Assembly (NCBI GenBank): GCA_051362555.1
Contig: CM120640.1
Location: 41,394,788-41,458,787, forward strand
From: Lingula anatina
Lineage: Eukaryota; Animalia; Brachiopoda
Length of the DNA: 64,000 nucleotides
Direction of reading: 5' to 3'
The notes below the pieces were generated by a model. It searched no databases. It worked only from the letters and a program-made list of their open reading frames with translations, and was not told where the DNA came from. The translations under genes were made by a program, and so were the position numbers. Below are positions 39,014 through 51,224 of this stretch, piece after piece (the first letter of the stretch is position 1; each line of letters begins with the position of its first letter).

Positions 39014-39682
39014 GTAATTCAACTGATATTTACTTGATTGGGTGGTATAACCGAGTAACGAAAGCTCGCAAGTAACTTGTAATTCAATACCTTAGTCTAA
39101 GCTTTTCACTGAAACAAACTGATTCCAAGGTGCAGTAATCTGGTGCTGACGGACTGCATCATTTTGACGTGTTATTCTGACACTAACATTAAGAAAGTAC
39201 TACTATAGTAATTATCGCCAATTGTAATAAAGTTCGGAGGCATTTTAAATTGTAAAAACAGATAGTTGCTGATGATATTGGTACATCACTGTCATCAGTA
39301 TCTGAATAATATTATGCTTCTTGGCTTTCCAAATCATGATAAATCATGAAATATTGCCAATTGATAATTTTAATCAGAACTTTTTTTTTATTAATTTTAC
39401 AGTGCAATTTGGGAGAGGGGAATGTAAAATTCAAATGTTTATTTTGGATATTGTGTAATGATTTGAGCAATTTTTTCTCATTTTGGCATAGCCAAATGTT
39501 TTTTGTCTTTAGTATTTTGATAGGAAGGAGTGGAATTTTTACATCTGCAATTTTATACGTGTACATGATTGGAGTAATATTTTTACTTGATATATGCATG
39601 ATGATTTAGAAAGTATATATATATAATGTTCTTGTGAAATGTAAAATCATAGATTTGCTAAAGCAATAGGTTTGTTTCAGAT

Positions 39683-42600
39683 ATGGATCAAGAGGATAAT
39701 GTCAAGAGAGAAAGGACACTCCAGCCTCCACGTGGTAGGCCAAAATCTGGAAGGGTCTGGAAGACTCCTAAAACTCAGAAGTAAGGAAGTGCGAAATAGA
39801 TTGTGCCCATGTTATGGGTGTTTAAAAAGAAATACCCACAAATTTCACCTGACCTCAGTATAGTACAGGAATATTATTATGCAAACTGCATTCTCTAAGT
39901 GCATTTTAACTTATAGGAATGTGTTAAGCCTGACAGTTGACAAAGTTATGTTGTAAAGTATAGTTACATTATATATCATATAACAGTACAATTATATGAA
40001 AATAAATGAGCACCCATTGTATTTATAAGTAATGTGAGGAACGGCCAGATCTTTATTATTTAAATTCATTGTACCACCAGCATGAGCGCTGGTAGTACTC
40101 ATGGTTTTACCTACAACCCATCTTGTCTACTGCCTCTGGAAACAAGTCACAGTTACGACATCTCCACATGGACTATGAGAACCTGTGCCCTCATATCCCT
40201 GATCCTCTAGTTGTGAATCTGTTGTGTCTCAATCAATATCAAATTATATCTTTTCCTCAAATTTGCAGATTTTCTGACACCATCAGACCAAAAACTTTAA
40301 AGACCTCATGGCAGAAAAAGATGCGGCAAAGAAAGGAGCAGCGGATATTAAAAGATTTTGAGAAAGAATTAAAAACAGCTAGGGCAAGAGGAAAAGAGGT
40401 GCTTTCAGTTTTCTGACCAGCTTGTTGTTTGAGTTACCATAGTTTTTGCATTTGTTTGAAGAATTTTAAAAAAGTCAGCTTTGATTAACTTGTAATTTGC
40501 AGTTTGTATTATTGTATGACTTAGAAGGAACATTAGCTATATTTTTCAAGTGATTTACATATGCAAGGGGTTTTTATAGGAAAAAAGGCAAAGACAGGAA
40601 GAGAATAAGAAGAGAAAACTCGAAAATGAACGCAAAGCAGAGATAGTCCAGCCAGTAAGTTTCCTAGCTTTAACATTCTTGTTTTACAAAAGATAAGCAT
40701 TATAATATATTTCAACTATTTATGTGACTTGTTCCTCCTATCAACTGGAGAAAAACATAAATTGCGTATTATTATAGCTATAGACCAGACCAGAAATGGT
40801 TTAAACTTAAGACCAAAATTTTGGTATACATTAGTTCAAGATAAATTCATAATAGTGCACTTTAATAAAGTAAGTATTGATTTGAAACCTTAGCTCTTTT
40901 GCGAGTCCCCTGCGTCAGTAAACTGGTAATGGTGAGGGGTAGCACAAAACTTGTGCTTAAGCCCGCTTGTTTATGATTTCTGATATGTATGCTGTCCTAA
41001 CCAGAAAAACAAAGACTGCATAAAGTGTAAATAGATGACCAGTTTGTGCATCCACCTTGATGTGGGAGCTCACAAATTTTTATCTTACCTCTCACCTCTT
41101 CAACTTACACACACCTGCAAAGCCAACCAGTTTTCTTGTCGACAGAGTCATGAGTAAGGTGAGATTCATCTGCCTACTAGTTGCACTGCCTTAAGGGGTC
41201 AAGGATATTACAAATACGTCTAAAACTCGATTTTTAGTTTTTTATACATTAGAAATAATCAATATTGTATTTAATACTCAATTAAGTTATATTTTTGCAA
41301 CACGGACTAAAAATATACATTTGGACGAGTTTTTCTACCTGTCCGTGGCAGCCTTTAGGCTCCGCCTCCGTTGTCAAGCACTGTGAAACGAGAGTAGGTA
41401 GGCCTACTCAGCTGTCAATCATTTCTCAGGGAAGAGCGTCTTTCATGGGGCGAATAAGTTTGCGTACAAAAGTAAGATTTTCTGGCATCTAGATAGAAAC
41501 ATACAACCAAATTTTAACACGTAATGGTGTATAGACCTTCCCGATCAAAAAGATGATAACAGGTAAGGTGGAGGTGCAATTAATTTGCTAAATTAGCCCA
41601 ATTACCTGAGCCAAGTGGTTAATGAGCGATTTCTCAGCTTTGAAGATTGATAACATAGTCTAAACTTCAATCCCCATATCTCATTCTTTAACTGTCAGAT
41701 TGACATGAAATTTGATGTGTCTGTGTTTCAGTATAATATCTAGTCGACTGAGTCTTGAATTTTTGATTGACCTTTTATTTTTGAAGTTATTAATACTGAA
41801 AGTGGAGGGTCCATATATATTTCGTAAAATTCACGTTTTATCAAAATAAAATCAAAAGTAAAAATAATAAGATAAAATCCTGACTCACTCTAATGTTTTT
41901 TGTGCTAACCTTTAGATAGCTATTTCAATCGTATTTATAGGGCTTTTTGTTTAAGAGAAAATCTTGATTAAAAAATGACAATTTTAGCCCTAAAACGCTG
42001 ATATTACGTCACTCGTGTTACACTGTGACTACAAACTTTGGAAAATTGTTTTGCTTGCTAGACCATATCCTTTAGTTAATAGGAAATTTAATTAACTGCA
42101 TTAGTTTTGGATTTTTTCATTAATATCCTAGACTCCTTAAAATTAAACACCTGCAAAAGAAAACCATAAACCAACTTCTGAATGTTTAAGTAGGTGAAAT
42201 AATGAGACAATATTTTCCACCAGATAGCAAAGTTATGCACAGAATTGAGTAGAACAACAGTTGCATGAACTACATGACTATTCTAGAGTTCCTGGTTGGG
42301 AAACAATATCTAATGAATTTCTCACGAGGAAAAAGTCTGTTTGTTGCTTCCATTGCCCCCTTGACAGTGTAAACAGTGTAAACAAGAAGATGAATCTTTC
42401 CCTATCGATTGGAAAACTGGCTGGCTTTACAGGAGTGTGCAGGATGACAGTAATATAAAGATTTGAGAGTTCCTGCATCATGATGGAAGCCAAACTGGTT
42501 GTCATTTCACACTTTATGAGGCCTTTGCTTACCTGCATTAGCACAGCCACTACACATCAGATAACCTGAAAAGGAGTGCTAACGCATGAATTTCATGCCA

Positions 42601-42976
42601 GGGTAGGGGAATCCCAGGTTTATTTTATAAAGAATACAGATATCTAGTTGACCATAACACAAGTTTAGGAATATGTTATGGTAGAGTCCTAGCAACATAT
42701 AGGGACTTGACAATTTTCTTTTGGGAATCATGCACTGTCAGAAGCATTGAAATTGTAAGATTAGCATTAGGATTGATAGTCTGCAAGTTAAAGACAAATG
42801 AATATTTTGGTGAAGGACATTGTTGCTCTCTTAAATCAGATATATTATATAGACTCAATTGTAACTGTTTTTGTCAATGTCAAAGTTACACTTTTTATTA
42901 TTTCTTCCAGATAAAAAATACAGCAAAAATAAAGAGAATGAAAAAGAAACAATTGAGATCTGTGGAAAAGAGGTGA
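39683..42976 (+). CDS. CCDC86: Coiled-coil domain-containing protein 86 / Cgr1-family nucleolar protein; 122 aa, 4 coding exons
   Basis: Exons 39683-39780, 40269-40398, 40580-40654 and 42911-42976. Translation includes PRGRPKSGRVWK..KFSDTIRPKTLKTSWQKKM..ENERKAEIVQPIKNTAKIKRMKKKQLRSVEKR*, matching the conserved CCDC86 C-terminal domain. Confidence 0.9.
40068..40212 (+). mobile_element. Short, internally deleted family A HINE (about 145 bp)
   Basis: ATTGTACCACCAGCATGAGCGCTGGTAGTAC 5' hairpin followed by CATGGTTTTA, joined almost directly to the CTGATCCTCTAGTT terminus. Confidence 0.75.
41015..42520. repeat. Diverged inverted repeat pair (about 41015-41172 versus 42388-42520) in the last CCDC86 intron
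   Basis: CACACCTGCAAAGCCAACCAGTTTTC (+) matches the reverse complement of GAAAACTGGCTGGCTTTACAGGAGTG. The CATAAAGTGT..ACCAGTTTG and AGATTCATCT blocks are also mirrored. Confidence 0.7.
41195..42136. mobile_element. TTAA-flanked MITE (T2/Kolobok- or piggyBac-type target site), 942 bp
   Basis: TTAA|GGGGTCAAGGATATTA ... TAATATCCTAGACTCC|TTAA: 16-bp TIR with 2 mismatches. TTAA at 41191-41194 and 42137-42140. Confidence 0.8.
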
Positions 42977-43697
42977 CAAGGTGAACTATGTAAAGGAAAC
43001 TCTGGAATAAGACTGAAGAAGAGGAGAAAAAGAAACCAGTATATATATGGTATAAGTGCAGTAGATAATGAGGGATATTCGATTATTGTCAGGGGAGAAG
43101 TGAAAAATGCCCAATCATTTTCCCTTTTTTACCTCCTCCTTGGACTGAACAGGTGGCACTCTAATCGCAGTGTTTTTTAGCGTTAGTAACCACCACCAAT
43201 ATAGCATAACTGCTAACACACTGCTACTGAAATATGTAAAAAACACTATTACACAAGATTGCAGGTTTCTAATAAGCTGTTAAGCGTATTAGGAAGATCT
43301 TTATGAAAAATGGAAACCTTTTAAAAATATTTTCTCACCCATTAAGAGGGCATATTTGAAGATATTTTGTACCATTGCCACCTGTTCTGAAGACGTCTTA
43401 TTATCATTTTATACTTTATGGCTTGTGTGGTAAATGTCAGGTATGCCAGCTGTCATCTCGATTTAGCTAGTTGCCAAATTAATGGCTAATTTGGATGGTT
43501 TGAAAATGGCACAATGTTACATGCCTAGAGAGAATGCTCCCTGCCATTTCTCACATTCGAGATATCTTCAGCAAAGGCAACCTTAATGCCTAAATATTCA
43601 GATCTGGAGCAAGTCCCAAGATCAAGAGCTTTATCTTTTTACTAAGAAAAGTACAGCTTTTATGATAAATGTGTATTGTAAAAATAATTGATATGAG

Positions 43698-43748
43698 AAT
43701 AAAAGATGAACCAACAATTGAATGAGCCACTTTCATTACACATTTATT
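43698..43748. terminator. Convergent polyadenylation signal candidates for CCDC86 (+) and aldolase (-)
   Basis: AATAAA at 43698-43703 (+) and on the minus strand at 43748-43743. Confidence 0.45.
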
Positions 43749-44126
43749 TGGCAGATAGACATATACATGGAAGAAGTTCATTGCCTACTTTAAACACAGT
43801 CCCACAAAGAATTTGCTTAAATCACATTATCTCTAAGAAAATACCCTTTTAGCATATGTAATGTTATTTCTGTGCCGGAACCATTTGATCAAAGTAGTGC
43901 ATCTTTTGAACATTTATGAGTCTATAGCCTTTTGTTATCTATGCACAGAAGCATTTTGTGCCAGCATAATTAGAAGTCTGATATTTTACAACATTAAATG
44001 GATCCAAAGCACTTCATAAAGTCCAATCCTCTTCACATCTGAATTTCACAAATTTGACAAGTTAATAACTGTTGGGAGGTAAACATTGAGTGTCTTTGCA
44101 AAGAAACTTTGGGAAAAAATGGGAAA

Positions 44127-47100
44127 TTAGTAAGCATGTCCAGCAACGAAGAGTGACTTGCCAGCAGCGGCTCCCTGTTCACCTCCACTATACTTCCCAA
44201 GGGCAGCGTTTCCATTAGCCTGAAAACAAAAGCCATGTTATATTCTTCTCACAAAAAAATGAATTATGTAAGTGCATCACTTTGGGCTTTAAAATAAAGA
44301 CTTTAGGATAAATCACCTGGCAGTCGTGAAGTCTTGCTAACCAAAACAAAATGAATTATAAGATGAAACTTCAAGCTCTATTAGAACATTTAACAACTTA
44401 AAAAAAACTTTTTTGTATTGAGAAACTTGGAAGGAAATTTACCGTGGCTCTCTTGACCAACTCCTGTTGTGCCGCTGGAACATTCTCCTTCTTTCCACCC
44501 CAAGCCTGGAGCACACTGGCCTGCAGTGCTCTACCATAGGAGAAGGTCAAGGCCCAGGGACGTCTGCCTGGGAATCTATTGATGGCATCCAAATTCACTG
44601 AAGCTTCTTCCTCAGACTGACCACCAGACAAGAATGTGATGCCTAGAAATATATTTTCATAAATGGTTAGTTTAACAACTTAACACAAAATGTATAACTT
44701 GAATGGTTTGACAGCAATTTTTTAGCAAATGTCACCTTGTTTTTACTATGAAAAAATTGCAATCTGCTCTAAGGATTTGGTTTAAAGACTAAGAGTTTTT
44801 ATGTACAGACACAGATGTGTCTGTACATATTGCCATCACCTGCGTCTGTCGTCGCCGTCGCCGATCATGTCGCCGTCGCCGTGCACTTTCAGCGTTAACA
44901 CCATAAGTGGAAGACAGTTTTACTTTTTGGCTTTATATTTACAGAGCTGATGAATATTCATAAAACACAGGTCAAGTTCGAAAATCAGCATGATTGGGCC
45001 ATTATTGTAGAATTTATGCTGTTTTTTCACTTTTCAGCATATATGCAACACTGTTAACACATTTCAAGGAAAACTGATAGGCCTGTTGTCATGAAACTCA
45101 CAGGAGTAATCAATCTTACTAAAACGCAGATCAAGTTCGAAAATCGGCATGATCGGGCCACTATTTTAGTAGTTATGCTGTTTTTTCACTTTTCAGCATA
45201 TATGCAACACTGTTAACACATTTCAAGGAAAACCCATAGGCCTGTTGTCATGAAACTCACAGGAGTAATCAATCTTACTAAAACGCAGGTCAAGTTCGAA
45301 AATCAGCATAATCAGACCATTATTTTATAAGTTATGCTGTTTTTTCACATTTCCTCAGATTCAATTCTTAGGCATGTTAACAGTCTCATTATTTAATTAA
45401 TAAGATACGTAAAAGTGTTTGTTTGACATTTCCTGCATTTTTACAACATTGTTAGTTGATTACGTAAAAATGATGGTAAACTTGTAATCGCATATTGTGT
45501 AATAAGGTGTCAAAAATGGAAATAAACTCATTTCATTGCAGTTTGTAAGATTCAATCATTCACTATGTTCAGAAACTCAGAATGGAGGAAATTGCACATT
45601 TGACACCGTTTTATTGATATTTTTCACATCTCATCAATTTTCTTAGTTGATCATATAAAAATGGCAGTAAACTGTTAATTTTGTTTTATGTTAAAAAAGT
45701 GTTAAAAATGGAAATAAACCCATTTCAGAATAGTGCTGTCTTGTTTCACATTTCCTCAGATTCAATTTTTAGGCATGTTAACAGTCTCATTATTTAATTA
45801 ATACGATACGTAAAAGTGTTTGTTTGACATTTCCTGCATCTTTACAACATTGTTAGTTGATTACGTAAAAATGATGGTAAACTTGTTACCGTGTATTGTG
45901 TAATAAAGTTTCAAAAATGGAAAATAACTCATTTCCTTGCAGTTTGTAAGATTCAATCATTCACTATGTTCAGAAACTCAGAATGGAGGAAATTGCACAT
46001 TTGACACCGTTTTATTGATATTTTTCACATCTCATCAATTTTCTTAGTTGATCATATAAAAATGGCAGTAAACTGTTAATTTTGTTTTATGTTAAAAAAG
46101 TGTTAAAAATGGAAAAAAAAAAAAAAAAAACATTGCAGAACAGTGCTGTCTTGTTTACATTTTGGCATTTTCAAGTTGTGACTTTGAAGTTCCATGGGCC
46201 TGAAGACCTTTGCTAGTCACATTTTCTGAATATCCATAATACTAATATTTTATTATTAAAAATTGATGGTCATTAAGCTGTTAAACGTTATGTAATATTG
46301 CATCAAAATTTGGAAAAAAATATTTTGGGCACTGCTCCCATGATGACCATTTGAGAAAAATCATGTCACTTACTGTTCTCAAACTTACAGGAAAGAAACA
46401 TGGGACTAAAATACAGCTTCAGTAGGCAATGCAGCCTGTTTGGTAATTCTTTCCGCTAGTTAAACAGTTTTTTTTGTGAAAATTTAATTTTTCACATATT
46501 GGCATTTTCAAGGTGTGACTTTGAAGTTCCATGGGCTTGAAGACCCATGCTAGTCACATTTTCTGAAAATCCATGATACGTATATTTTATTATAAAAAAT
46601 TGACTGTCATTATGCTGTTAACCACTTTGTAATATTGCATCAGAATAGAAGAAAACACAATTTTGGGTGCTGCTGCCATGATGACCATTATGGGAAAACC
46701 ATGTTACTGATGATTGCCAAACGTTCAGAAAAGAAATACAGGACTAAAATGCAGCCTGAGTTGGAAAAGCAGTCTAATTGGCTTCTTTTTCTGGAAGTTA
46801 TACATTTTCAATGTGTGAACTTGAACTGCCATGGGCCTGAAGCCTTATGCTTGTTACACATTTTACTTACATTGGTATTACCTGTTGAGCATAATTAAAA
46901 TTTGATGTTGAATTTGCAGTTTAACATAATGTACTTTTGCATCAGAATTGACAGTAGCCTATTTTGTGCATAGTTATTTCCTGCTTTTTGTCTGTACATT
47001 TGACAGCTTTGCTGCCTTGTTTAGAATTCTTTGCCAAGGCCAATTTGTAACTTTGGATACTTTCTGGACTGGCCCTAGGCATCCAGTCACAGCAAACACA

Positions 47101-50100
47101 ATCCTATCTCCTGTCATGCCACATACCTGGTACAGCTGCTGGTACTGTACGTGCCAGGGTAGTTACTGTTGCCCTGGCAATGTCTTCTGCTGTGTACTTC
47201 TTTGAACAACTGAATCCTGCAGTCACCATGTTGGGCTTGAGGAGTGTTCCCTCCAAAAACACATGATGGTCAGACAGTGCTTTGTAGGTGAATGCAAGGA
47301 CCTAAATAATTATAATAATGATAATAAATATATAATAAAAAGACATGGCATTGGAAACTACACCGTAAAAAGCATTTCAATGCTTAAGCACCTTCCTAAG
47401 CAGACATGAAGTAGTCTTAACCAAAAAAATGTTCAAAGAAGTCCTATACCTGCTCTGTAACTCTCTGTGCAGTCTCCAAGTCATGGTCTCCATCTGGCAA
47501 CACCTCTGGTTCAACAATGGGAACAAGACCATTCTATAAAACAAAAATAGCAACAATTGCCAATTATATGAATTTTTTTCAACTGTTCAAACCTCATCAT
47601 AGAATTTCTTTTTTTATCATGAAAAGTACACACTCCAATATAAAGCATCCAAAAAAAAAATTACTTACAAAGATTTCAGTGTTATCATAGCAAGTTTACC
47701 CAATTTTGCTTTTTTCTCACCTGCTGGCAAATACTGGCATAGCGAGCTAACACATTGGCATTTTCAAGCATAGCCTGGTATGAAGGACATTGTGGCTTGA
47801 TCTTCAACACACAACGCCATTTAGCAAAGTCGGCGCCATCCTTCTTGTACTGTGCACAACGCTCTGCCAGTCCATCAAGACCTATGAATTTAAAATTACA
47901 CATGGATAACATTTTTAATACCAACTTATATTAAATGATATAATACAACTCAAGCTCACTCCAGCAATATTTCAGGGACAATCTAATAATGAAATATTTC
48001 ATAATATAAGGAAGCACACATTGAACAGGAGTAATTTTTTTTAAAGTCCAGTGTCGGCGGAGCAGGGACTCCCAGTAACAAATATAAACTACTCATACAA
48101 ATGTCTGAAACGCTCAAATAAATTACTGGCATTTGGAGTGGAGCCAGTGCAAACATTGTAACGTGCATGTAATGTGCAATGGAAATGAACAACTTGGTTC
48201 TAAGTCCTGAAAAAATTTTAAGGCTATCAAAATATTTATCCTGTCACTGATATTTACATTTAATCAAACCTATCTACACTCACGAGTTCTAGGACAACTA
48301 AGTGATTTTTACCAAGAGAACATCCATTTTCTGGGTAAAAAATATTTTTTGGTCATCAGGTCAACAGGATACTTATCCTTTTTAATTATAGAAGGGTTTT
48401 CTCACTTAGCTAAGTGTTGCATAGTGTTAGCTCGGTTTGCTTTATAATTACCCTGTGTTGTGCACTCGTCATCAGTGCCTGCTAGTGGAACAACACCTTT
48501 GTCCACCTTGATGCCAGGGATGATTCCACTGTCTTTCAACACTTTCACAAATGGGGTGCCATCGTCTGTCTTGTGGTACAGTGTCTCATGAAACATGATC
48601 ACTCCACTCAGGTGCTCTGCTGCCTCCTTGGGGGCTGTGAACAGGAGCTGTCGATACAGACGGCGATTTTCTTCAGTGTTCTCCACATTGATAGGAGAAA
48701 AACGCTTCCCAATAGTTCCTTAATCAAAACAATAATAATTAAATTAAAAACACATGAAGACAATTTACATCCTAAGCATTTTGGCATTATTCATTACATT
48801 ATTTCTTTTTTTTTCATAATTTTACAATGATACTCCAACCTTGCTTCTTACCTGAAAAATTCTGTGGTTCACATCAAAAGACTATCTATCTATATTATTA
48901 CATAACCCCTTTGCAGTCTTCAATAGTGAAATATTTACATTTGACTGCATTTTTATAAATAGACAGGGACTTTATGCCACCCTGACCCAAATTTATTAAA
49001 GGTTGCCTAAGCTTAATCTATTTGGCTAGGTCAAATATTTATCTTGGGTGACATTATTTAGTGCCCTTGCTAGGTAATACAAAACTCTACTAGAGAGAAC
49101 AGGGCATCAATTTTTTGGCAAGCATGTTGCAGCAAAGAACAAATCACTTTCCATCTCTTCTATTCATACCTAAATAACTACATTTCCTATGCCAAATCAA
49201 GGTATTCTGCCAGTGTGCAGACATTGCATACGGCCCAGAATAGTTCACCTATATGGAGATACACCTGACCCCTGACCTAATGACCCACAGTCCATCAACT
49301 GAGGTGAAAAAACACGGCTAGCCTCAGGCCTTAGCAGTAATATTAGATATATGCTTCCCATGTGTAATATACAAGTCTAAGCCAAACTGCCAGGATATAT
49401 ACATTTCTCACAGAGAACACCATGCTGGAAAACAGACCTGGAAATGATTTACCTGTTCACAAACACCTGACAGCAGGTGTGTGCACCGAAATGTGATCAG
49501 CACAGAACATTTCACCAAAAAGTAACCTGTACTATTGTTCACAAAATGGGAAATTTTGGTTTTTGTCTGTACATGCATAAAATTGAAGACTTTAATTTTT
49601 AATTAAGTTATTATTTGAAACCATCCATTGCCAGTATCCTAGGCAATCTTGGTTACCATTCTGCTTTTCTAAGACAAGCATTAAACAATCCCTTTAAAGC
49701 TAAGGAATGCAGAAACAAATTTTACTATCTAATGTTGTGGACAGGTCAACCAAAAAGAGAATGTAATGAACATGGATAACTAGTATTACAGGGTACAAAA
49801 GATCTCGTTCCAAGATGATGGAGGCATCACATCATCAAAACTCTCACAGCCATACATATAAAAATGACAGAAGCGAATTGTAAACAACATTTTTTAATCT
49901 ACACCTCTGATCACACCAACACAGCCAAATAGACAAAATCAACTTGACTAAATAGTGCTTCACATAAAGTTTAAAAGGGTCAAATACTGGACTTCATTTA
50001 TCAATGATGCTACATAACCTAAATATTATAAAATTCACTACCCGATTCAGAATAAAAAAGGGTCCAGCTTTAGCCAAATATAAAAAATAAGTTTTAAAAA

Positions 50101-50732
50101 GCATATTTGTAGAGTAAAGAGTTAATACATCATTAGTGATGGAAATTAAGGCAATTTAAAATGTTTCTTAACTGTTTCATACCCAGGTCTTGTATGTACA
50201 GGCAATTTAAATTCAAATCAGCTTTCATGAACTAAATTGTAAATGTCATTTCATAGATGTGTTAGTCATGGCACACATACATGCCAATCCCTTTTCTTTT
50301 TTTACAAGAGTTACTTATATCCTTCACACCAGCTACCTGTAACCTGTGAATTATTATTATTACTTGTACTGGGGTTAACAAAGGAAACACAGCTAAGATG
50401 GAAATGTCAAGAAAAATCTTTGATGCAATGGTCAACGACTTCAAGTAGTTGTAATAATTTTTTTCTCCTTGAGGCATACTAAAATATTTACAATAAATGG
50501 CTATTCAAATATTTTTTACTTATTAAAACCTTTCTTTAACACTCAGTTATTTTTATTCTAATCAGTTGATGCAAGTTATCAATTGTTAATTCATTAATCA
50601 ATGCATTTACTTACCTGTGGATTCATCAGCTGCAAGGATTCCCTTTCCAGGTGCAACGATGGCATTGGCTATCCTGGCCAACTCCTTCTCCTGCTCCTTG
50701 CTCAAATACTGGTAGAACTGAGGGCCAGGCAT
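44127..50732 (-). CDS. ALDO: Class I fructose-bisphosphate aldolase; 7 coding exons
   Basis: Exons 50615-50732, 48452-48718, 47721-47881, 47450-47533, 47127-47301, 44443-44642 and 44127-44219. Motifs [51 protein letters not shown], Schiff-base [38 protein letters not shown]-terminus [12 protein letters not shown]. Confidence 0.97.
44796..47022 (+). mobile_element. Non-autonomous Helentron/HINE-like (pearl/DINE-type) element, family B, complete copy in an aldolase intron
   Basis: T-run, then perfect 13-bp hairpin ATGTACAGACACA-GA-TGTGTCTGTACAT (44801-44828), (GTC/GCC)n microsatellite, about 3 x 159-bp units, a duplication of about 401 bp, 3' sub-TIR GTCTGTACAT (46990-46999), stem-loop ACAGC-TTT-GCTG, then TTGTTT. 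No TSD. Confidence 0.85.
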
Positions 50733-51224
50733 GATGAATAGGGCTAAATGACAAAATTTTAAATTCTGTTATGCTGTCAAAATCGATCAAATGTAATTTT
50801 TGAACGGGAGCCAAGACTTCCAAGTTCGGATTAGTTTCAAGGTCAAATCTTGTCACCTTTGATGAAGGACGAAAAACAAGAGCAAAGTCACTAGATGGTA
50901 CGCAGAATACACAAACCTAATCTCACTCTGTCAAAGAAAAGATCGCTACGTAGACCTGAAACCTTACAATCCGGGCGACAAATCGTGGTGACACTGAATA
51001 AGCTTTCAAAACTTCACTATGCAAAAGCCGGTTGAATGTGAAAGTCGAAACCTTCAAAAGCCGGTTGAGACAAATGTTTACGATTTTACAAGGGGAAATA
51101 AATCGTTATAAATAACGTAAAATTGGTATCACGCTACCTAATATTACTACTCTCAAAATTTTATATCCTAGGAAACACGTTAACCAAGTGTCATCAAATA
51201 AATCGGCACAAAAGCACAACTTAC

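Noticed and set aside
40899-41014. Possible H/ACA snoRNA in a CCDC86 intron (CCCCT..AGGGG hairpin, ACAAAA, terminal ACA)
   Set aside because: The second hairpin is weak and the boxes are low-information in AT-rich DNA. It cannot be supported without an Rfam or snoRNA search.
42974-43700. Selenocysteine reading of the CCDC86 UGA
   Set aside because: No convincing SECIS (AUGA/GA quartet with apical AA at the right spacing) was found in the 3' UTR, and the aligned residue in orthologues is Asp, not Cys.
47940-49130. GC-richer patches in aldolase introns resembling old transposon ends
   Set aside because: I could not define TIR pairs, TSDs or a second copy within the window.
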